A stretch of 64,000 bases of DNA from positions 6,336,001 through 6,400,000 of the forward strand of contig OZ245006.1 of the NCBI GenBank assembly GCA_965223545.1, in the 5' to 3' direction. Numbering within the stretch: position 1 is the stretch's first letter; the number at the start of each line of letters is the position of its first letter. Shown here piece after piece: positions 57,819 to 64,000 of the stretch. This DNA comes from Planctomycetota bacterium (GTDB lineage Bacteria > Planctomycetota > UBA1135 > UBA2386). The notes under the pieces were generated by a model, which was given only the letters and a program-made list of their open reading frames with translations, was not told the origin of the DNA and did no database searches. A program made the position numbers and the translations under genes.

Positions 57819-59924
57819 ATGCACCTGCTCCTCGCTGCGATCGTTCCGGCTGTGGCTCAAATCCCGCTGAGCGAAAACGATGGCGGCACCGCGGTGCCGC
57901 CGAGGGTGCGCGAAGCCATTGCCGAGGGCTATGGGGTCGGTGCGTTGGACGGGGTCCTTTGGGGCGTCGGACCGGGCTACCGCGTCCAGTTTGCCCCGGC
58001 CGGCCCGCGCATCGACGTGTTCAACGCCAAGGGCATCGTGCGGTTGTCGAGCCGGCTGCAGGCCGTCGAGCGCACCGGTGCCGCTGGCCTGCCGCTCGAC
58101 GGCGTGGCTGTGCGGCGGGTCGGGGACGCGGTGCACTACGAGCACGGCGCGGTGGTCGAGCGCTACGTGGTCGGGCGCCGGGGCGTGGAGCAGAGCTTCG
58201 TGCTGTACGAACGCCCGGCCGGCCGCGGCGATTTGGTGGTGCGGTTGGCACTGCGCAGCAGCGGTGAGCTTCGGGCCGCCGATGAGGAGCGCGGGTTGCG
58301 CTTCGGAGCCGGCGCGGTCGAGGTCGAGTACGGCGTGATGACGGCGATCGATGCGCGCGGGCGGCGGCACCCCGGCCGCGTGCGCTACCACGACGGCCAA
58401 CTGGAGCTCGTCGTCGCCGAGGCCTTCGTCGATGGCGCCGCGCTGCCGTTGCTGATCGATCCGCTGATCGGACCGCCGATCCTCCAGCCGACGACCATCG
58501 GCGACCGTCACCTCGACCTGGCCTACGACGAGACCCACGATCTCTACCTTTGCGTGTGGGCGCGGCCGATCGGGCGCGACGTCTTGGCGCTGCGATTCCG
58601 GCCTGACGGGCGGGCCGTGGGCTCGTCGATCCCGGTCGAGGTTGGGTGGGGGGTGGCTGTGAAACCGCGCGTCGCCAACGTCAACGGCGCCGATGCGTTC
58701 GTCATCGGGCATTCGTTCGGAGTGCGCGCGGTCAGTGCCGCGACCGGAGCGGTCTCGGCGCTCGTGTTCGTTGGGCAGGTGAGCGACGTCAGCGGCGATG
58801 CCCGTCCCAACGGCCGCCGGGCCATCGCGGTCTACGACTCGGGCGGCGTCTTTGCGGATGAGTTCGACATCGCGCCCCAAGGAGCTGCCGTGCTGCCGGT
58901 CGGGACGCTCGGAATCGGGCCGCCTGGCTTCATCACGAATCTGCGCGTCACCGCCCAGCCGGGTGCCGCGGGCCGGTACTTGGCGGTCTGGGAGGATCCG
59001 TTCGCAGCCTCGGTGTACGGGACCTGGTTCGACCAGGCATCGCGGATTCTTGATGGACCGAAGTTGATTGCAACAAACGCGTTGCGTCCGGTCGTCGCCG
59101 GGGACGGCGATCGCTGGCTGGTCGCCTACGACATCACACCGAGGGGGCCACGCGACATCGCGTGCAAGGTCATCGACTGGGACGTCGGCAGCGGCGCCAG
59201 CGTCATCGGTGCCGAGGTGCGCCTCACCAACTCGCCTCCGCCCGAGCAGCTGATGGGTGCCGAGTGGGCGGGCGAGTCGGTCGTGCTGAGCTATCACCGG
59301 CAGTACAGCGCGCAGCGCATCGATGGCCTGCTGGGCTCGGTCGACCCGGGGCGCTGTGGTGATTGCGAGGGCGAAATGCCGCTCGAGACGCCCCGGTCGA
59401 CCTACGCGATCGACCAACTCGCCTTCGCAACCACACACAGCGGCAGCCTCAAGGCGGGCACCGGCGGCCTGGCGATATGGCAGCGGACCGATACGCAGTT
59501 CGGTCGCGCGACCACGACGGGCATCGCGCGCTTCGTCGCCGAGGACGGCGTGGTCACCGACCTCGGTGGCGGCTGCGGCCTGGGCGGGCGCGCGGTCGTG
59601 TCGTGTGCGCGCCGCGGCAACTCGCTGTTCGTCCACCGGGCCCGGAACGCGGCTGCCTCGGTGCCCGCGCTCTTGCTCTTGGGCGCGCCGGGGCCGGGTC
59701 TGCCGTGTGGTCCATGCGTGGTGGTGCCCAGTCTCACGGGCGCGATCGCGCTGCCGGCGCTGACCAGCGCGGCGGGCGCGGTCGACATCCTGACGCCGAT
59801 CCCGGACGCATCGGCGCTGTTTGGCGCCGCGTTCGTCGACCAGTGGCTGACCCTGCCGCCGGCGGGCCAGTGCGCGCCGATCGGCTTCGACACGTCCAAC
59901 GCGCTGCGGGTGGTGATCGAGTGA
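57819..59924 (+). CDS. Secreted hypothetical protein, tandem paralog B
   Basis: Colinear and highly similar to 55576-57690 over its whole length. Confidence 0.85.
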   Translation: MHLLLAAIVPAVAQIPLSENDGGTAVPPRVREAIAEGYGVGALDGVLWGVGPGYRVQFAPAGPRIDVFNAKGIVRLSSRLQAVERTGAAGLPLDGVAVRRVGDAVHYEHGAVVERYVVGRRGVEQSFVLYERPAGRGDLVVRLALRSSGELRAADEERGLRFGAGAVEVEYGVMTAIDARGRRHPGRVRYHDGQLELVVAEAFVDGAALPLLIDPLIGPPILQPTTIGDRHLDLAYDETHDLYLCVWARPIGRDVLALRFRPDGRAVGSSIPVEVGWGVAVKPRVANVNGADAFVIGHSFGVRAVSAATGAVSALVFVGQVSDVSGDARPNGRRAIAVYDSGGVFADEFDIAPQGAAVLPVGTLGIGPPGFITNLRVTAQPGAAGRYLAVWEDPFAASVYGTWFDQASRILDGPKLIATNALRPVVAGDGDRWLVAYDITPRGPRDIACKVIDWDVGSGASVIGAEVRLTNSPPPEQLMGAEWAGESVVLSYHRQYSAQRIDGLLGSVDPGRCGDCEGEMPLETPRSTYAIDQLAFATTHSGSLKAGTGGLAIWQRTDTQFGRATTTGIARFVAEDGVVTDLGGGCGLGGRAVVSCARRGNSLFVHRARNAAASVPALLLLGAPGPGLPCGPCVVVPSLTGAIALPALTSAAGAVDILTPIPDASALFGAAFVDQWLTLPPAGQCAPIGFDTSNALRVVIE

Positions 59925-59937
59925 TCGCGCGCCTGGC

Positions 59938-60490
59938 TCACGCCGCGTAGCGGCGGCGGTAGAGCGCGGCCGCGGCGGCGTTGAGCACGACGCCGATCCC
60001 GATCAGGATCGCGATCGAGCCGGCGATGCCGTCGACGTCGGCGGTCGCCGCGAACGACTGCCCTCGAGCTGCTTGCGCGAGCGGCACGTCGTGGCGAACA
60101 GCACACCCAAGCCCACCGACCGCGAACACCAACCCGAGCGAGATCGCGACCAGCTCGAGCGCGTTCGGTGGCACTGGCACGTCGAACACCAGCCAGCCGT
60201 AGACGAACAGCGTCGCCAGCTGGACCAAGCCGCAGCGCGGTGACGATGTTGAGGCGACGCTTCATCCCGCCCGAGAAGGTCCCCACCCGCGCCGTCCGGC
60301 GGTCGGTCAGCCCGGCGACGTCCAGAGCCCGTCGACGCGGTCGGCGCGCCGGTCGCCGTCGACCTCTTACATGCGGGCGAAGAACTCGAGGTTCTCGGCC
60401 GCCGACAGGGCGTCGTACAGGGCGATCGCATGACCCGGGCTCCATGCAGAGGACATCGCACGGTATTCGAGCTGGACGCGCAGCGCGATC
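59938..60490 (-). pseudogene. Decayed ABC-2-type exporter (ATPase and permease fragments)
   Basis: Fragments in different frames: IALYDALSAAENLEFFARM; ALDVAGLTDRRTARVGTFSGGMKRRLNI (signature); permease-like VQLATLFVYGWLVFDV and GIGVVLNAAAAALYRRRYAA*. Confidence 0.75.
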
Positions 60491-60565
60491 CGTCCGGTGC
60501 TTGAACCTCGTCGACGAGCCGGTAGACGTCTGTGGTCGGCGCGCGGCCCGCGCCGGTGGTTCCCC

Positions 60566-62098
60566 ATGCGCTCGGTCTTCACCCTTCTCCTGCTCGCACT
60601 CGCTGCCGCTTGGCCCCGGCTCCAGCTCTCCGAGTGGCGCGGCACCGAGGCGCGCCGCGTGCAGATTGCGCAGGAGATGTTCGAGACCGGCGCTTGGATG
60701 GTGCCGACGCTGGGGCACGAGCCGACGCTGGCCAAACCACCGCTGCACTACTGGGTGCTGGCCGCGGCGATGTACCTCGGCGACGACCCCGCGCTGCTGC
60801 GTCTGCCGTCGGTGTTGGCGCTGTGGTTGTTGGCGGTCGCGGTGTTCGGTGCGCTCCGGCGCCACTACGGAGAGCTGTCGGCGTGGTTCGGTGCGGCCGG
60901 GCTGCTGCTGTCGCCGATGGTGTTGACGCACGTCCCCTCGGCCGAGATCGATCCCCTGTTCACCGCGTTGACCGGTCTGTCCGTGGTCTGGTTGGCGCGC
61001 GGCGTCAGTTTCGGCGGCGTCGGTTGGATCGTCGCGGGGGGCGCTTGCGGCGGTCTCGCTCTGCTGTGCAAGGGACCGCCCTACCTGATGTTCTTGCTCG
61101 GTCCGCTCCTGGTGTGGGGGCGTCGCTTGCGCCTGCGGGGCTGGCAGTGGTTCGTGCCACCGCTGCTGGTGGTTCCGCTGCCCTACTACGGTCCCTTGTT
61201 CCTGTGGCGCGTGCCCGTGGGTGAGTTCTTCGCGACTGCGCAGGAGGAGAGCGTGGGTCGCATGAGTCAGTTCGGCTGGACCGACCTGCTCGAGCTGCCC
61301 GTTTACTTCATCGGCGCCGTCTGCATGGTGATGCCGCTGGGGTGGTGGACCTTCCACGAGTTTCGCGGACAGCGTGAGATGCGCGAGACGGTGGTCGGCC
61401 GCGACGAGGCGTTTCTGCGCATGTGCGCGGCCGCGCTGGTCAGCGGTGCGCTGATCCTGGCGCTGTTTCCGGCGCGTCCGGGTCGCTATCTGCTGCCGGC
61501 GATCCCGCTGTATTGCGTCGGCGTGGCGGCGGCCGTGGCGAGCTATGCCCGCTATGGCGCGCATCCGAGCCGGGTCATGGTGCGCGTGGTCTGGGTGCTG
61601 GCCATCGCCGGCAGCCTGGGGCTGCTCGCGGCGCCGTGGATTCCCTTTCCGTTCGTCGAGCGGACTCCGCTGCTCTGTCTGGCGCTGGCGGTAGCGCCGA
61701 TGTGGGTGCGCTCGCGCCGCGCGGTCACCGCCTACGCCCTCGCCGTGCCGCTGCTGGCGGCTTGGACCGCACTGCTCGACTACGGCGGCCGCCAAGCGGT
61801 CGCGCCGCGCAGCCTGGAGCAGGCCGCGCGGGTGGTTGCCCGCGAGCTCGACGCGCTGGATGTCGAGCAGCTCGCGACCTACGGGCACGTGCCGTCGCAG
61901 ATCGTCCTGCGGTTGGGGGCGCGGCCGATTCCGCCCGGTGACGAGTACTTGCGCCGGCCCCCGACGGCGCGCTGGCTGTTGGTCGAGGACCCCGATCGCA
62001 CCGTCCAGTTCGACCCCGGGGACCCGGTCGGCTACGTCGACCGGCTCCGCGTGCGCCTCGCCGACAAGTCGATCGTGCTCAAGGAACGCGTCGAGTGA
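60566..62098 (+). CDS. ArnT/PMT-like (GT83/GT39) membrane glycosyltransferase
   Basis: EARR..IAQEM...G.W.VPTL......KPPLHYW, LRLPS, AEIDP, LCKGPP; many TM helices. Confidence 0.85.
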   Translation: MRSVFTLLLLALAAAWPRLQLSEWRGTEARRVQIAQEMFETGAWMVPTLGHEPTLAKPPLHYWVLAAAMYLGDDPALLRLPSVLALWLLAVAVFGALRRHYGELSAWFGAAGLLLSPMVLTHVPSAEIDPLFTALTGLSVVWLARGVSFGGVGWIVAGGACGGLALLCKGPPYLMFLLGPLLVWGRRLRLRGWQWFVPPLLVVPLPYYGPLFLWRVPVGEFFATAQEESVGRMSQFGWTDLLELPVYFIGAVCMVMPLGWWTFHEFRGQREMRETVVGRDEAFLRMCAAALVSGALILALFPARPGRYLLPAIPLYCVGVAAAVASYARYGAHPSRVMVRVVWVLAIAGSLGLLAAPWIPFPFVERTPLLCLALAVAPMWVRSRRAVTAYALAVPLLAAWTALLDYGGRQAVAPRSLEQAARVVARELDALDVEQLATYGHVPSQIVLRLGARPIPPGDEYLRRPPTARWLLVEDPDRTVQFDPGDPVGYVDRLRVRLADKSIVLKERVE

Positions 62099-63129
62099 GC
62101 GCCGCAGCGGCGCGCGTGCTATGCGTGCGTCTCTCGGCGCTGGGTGACGTAGTGGAAACGGTGGGGGCGGTGCGGGCGTTGGCGCGCGCGGCTGCCGGTG
62201 TCGAGCTGTGGTGGCTGGTGCAGGAGGACGCCGCTCCCGTCTTGCAGGGCCTCGACTTCGACTGCGAGCTGATCCGTCACGATCGGACCGGGGGCGTGCG
62301 CGCGGTGTGGCGGACCGCCCGTGCCCTGCGCGCGCGCCGCTTCGACGTCGCGCTCGATCTGCAGGGCAACTGGAAGAGCGCTCTGCTGTGCAGGTTGTCC
62401 GGCGCCGGGCGTTGTCTCGGCGTGGCGCGCGGGGCGCGGCGCGAGCCGGCCAGTGCGCTGCTCTTGTCGAAGCGCGTGCCGTGCCCGGCGGACGCCCATC
62501 CCGCGGCGGCGGCGTTGGCGGTCGTGCGCGCGTTCTGCCCCGGTGCGCTGCCGGCAGCGCCGGCGTTGATCGCCACCGAGGCGGAGGTGCGGCGCGAGGC
62601 GGTGGCGGTGGCGGCGGTCGGCGTGGATCCGCAACGCCCGTTCACCGTGGTCGTCGGCACCGACGGCCGCGATCCGCGGGACTGGCCCTCGCGCTGGTGG
62701 CCTGCGGCGACCGCCGGTGGGCCAGCCGTGGTTCTGCTCGGCCCGGCCGAGGCAGCGGCACCGCCGGACTGCGGGCTCGCCGTGCTGCGGCACGGGCGCG
62801 GCGAGCTGCGGCGCCTGGTCGGCCTCGGCGCACTGGTGGCGCGTGCCGGCGGCCGCGTGTTGGGGCCGGATCGGGGCGCGACGCATGTCTTGGCGGCCTG
62901 CGGCGCCGAGTGCCACGCGCTGTTCGGCGCGCAGGACCCGCGCCGGACCGGGCCGGTGGGATCGACCGCGTGGCGCCGTGCCGATGCTCCGGAATGCCTT
63001 CCGTGCCGCGCGCGGCAGTGCGCACACGACGATGGACCGGTGTGCATGCACTTCGCTCCACCCGGCGCGCACCGGCTCGGCACGATCGGCGTCGAAGGTG
63101 GAATCTCGCCGCCCGACGCGATCGTATAG
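62095..63129 (+). CDS. GT9 heptosyltransferase-like protein
   Basis: [45 protein letters not shown]. Confidence 0.88.
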   Translation: MSAAAARVLCVRLSALGDVVETVGAVRALARAAAGVELWWLVQEDAAPVLQGLDFDCELIRHDRTGGVRAVWRTARALRARRFDVALDLQGNWKSALLCRLSGAGRCLGVARGARREPASALLLSKRVPCPADAHPAAAALAVVRAFCPGALPAAPALIATEAEVRREAVAVAAVGVDPQRPFTVVVGTDGRDPRDWPSRWWPAATAGGPAVVLLGPAEAAAPPDCGLAVLRHGRGELRRLVGLGALVARAGGRVLGPDRGATHVLAACGAECHALFGAQDPRRTGPVGSTAWRRADAPECLPCRARQCAHDDGPVCMHFAPPGAHRLGTIGVEGGISPPDAIV

Positions 63130-63139
63130 CCAGGCGCCA

Positions 63140-63490
63140 ATGCTGGAGGTGTTCGACAACCCCAAGCCGGAGCGCCGGTACGAGATCGAGTTTCGCTGCC
63201 CGGAGTTCACCTGTGTCTGCCCCAAGACGGGGCAGCCCGACTTCGCCACGCTGCACTTCCGCTACGTGCCCGATCGGGTCTGCGTCGAGCTCAAGTCGCT
63301 CAAGCTCTATCTGTGGAGCTACCGCGAGCGAGGCGCGTTCCACGAGGCGGTGGTGAACGAGATTCTCGACGACCTGGTCCGGCTGCTGGCACCACACTCG
63401 ATCGAAGTCGAGGGCGTGTTCAACGTCCGCGGCGGCATCTACACCACCGTGCGCGCGCGCCACCCGGATCCGGCGGGTGACCCCGCGTGA
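63140..63490 (+). CDS. queF: preQ0 reductase, short type
   Basis: [40 protein letters not shown]. Confidence 0.95.
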   Translation: MLEVFDNPKPERRYEIEFRCPEFTCVCPKTGQPDFATLHFRYVPDRVCVELKSLKLYLWSYRERGAFHEAVVNEILDDLVRLLAPHSIEVEGVFNVRGGIYTTVRARHPDPAGDPA

Positions 63491-64000
63491 CCCGCGCGCG
63501 CCGAAAGCCGTCGCCGCGCGCGCTGCGTCGGATGGCGTGGATCGCGCTGGTCGGCATGCTGTTCATCCCGGCGTTTCCCGACCCGCCGCTGCGCAGCGGA
63601 GCGTACGTGCAAGACGTGCGCACCGACGCAGCGGTGCTCGCCTGCATCGACGCTGCCCCGCAGGTGCGGTCGGCCGAGGTCTGGGATGCCGGCGGCAGCT
63701 CGGTGTGGCGGTCGGCGGGTGCCGGGGCGCGCCGCCGCCACGCATTCGCGGTGCGCGGCTTGCAGGCGGCACGGGAGTACACCTACGCGATCCGGGGCGC
63801 CGACGGTGAGGTCGAGTATCGGGGGCGGTTGCGGACGCCGCCGGCCGACGACTCGGCCCCCGTGCACTTCTGCGTGGTCGGCGACTCGGGCGGGCTGCCG
63901 TGGTGGATCTGGATGCAGAACAATCCGTTGTTCTACTTGGCGGCGCGCAACGAGTGGTTGCCGCCGCGCGGCGACGTGGTCGCGGTCGCCGACCGGATGG
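63487..64000 (+). CDS. Metallophosphoesterase (purple-acid-phosphatase-like), partial at window end
   Basis: GTG overlapping the queF stop; AYVQDV, H...V.GL....[16 protein letters not shown]; open to the window edge. Confidence 0.75.
   Translation, partial: MTRARRKPSPRALRRMAWIALVGMLFIPAFPDPPLRSGAYVQDVRTDAAVLACIDAAPQVRSAEVWDAGGSSVWRSAGAGARRRHAFAVRGLQAAREYTYAIRGADGEVEYRGRLRTPPADDSAPVHFCVVGDSGGLPWWIWMQNNPLFYLAARNEWLPPRGDVVAVADRM

Noticed and set aside
55576..59924. Paralog pair as a DGR target/template or an assembly duplicate
   Set aside because: Differences include many synonymous changes and indels across the whole length, not A-specific changes; too diverged for an assembly artefact

Overview
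GC-rich bacterial DNA, probably Planctomycetota (inferred from an ECF sigma/Ser-Thr kinase-WD40 pair, sulfatases and secreted proteins with a shared C-terminal module). Most of the window is housekeeping or envelope genes: queA, thiE, queG, glnA, mdh, glpD, nagA, arfB, ino1, several glycosyltransferases and queF. The standout is 14.3-22.0 kb. Three near-identical 2033-bp group II introns (class C-like RT/maturase, no endonuclease domain; two on -, one on +) sit in a roughly 730-bp array of palindromic repeats, directly upstream of an HUH/Y1 REP-associated tyrosine transposase (RAYT-like) gene. Removing each intron in silico rebuilds a 33-34-bp-stem hairpin with a conserved 20-nt loop. This fixes the non-canonical intron ends (UUGCG...GC) and shows that the intron inserts inside the stem of a REP/REPIN-like element, in two registers and in both orientations. 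Other points: a probable accessory block at 2.4-10.1 kb, a sigma54-type promoter before a small Zn-ribbon gene, paired palindromic boxes upstream of glnA, a tandem duplication of a ~700-aa secreted protein, and a decayed ABC transporter. All calls come from reading the sequence by eye; no searches or folding programs were run.
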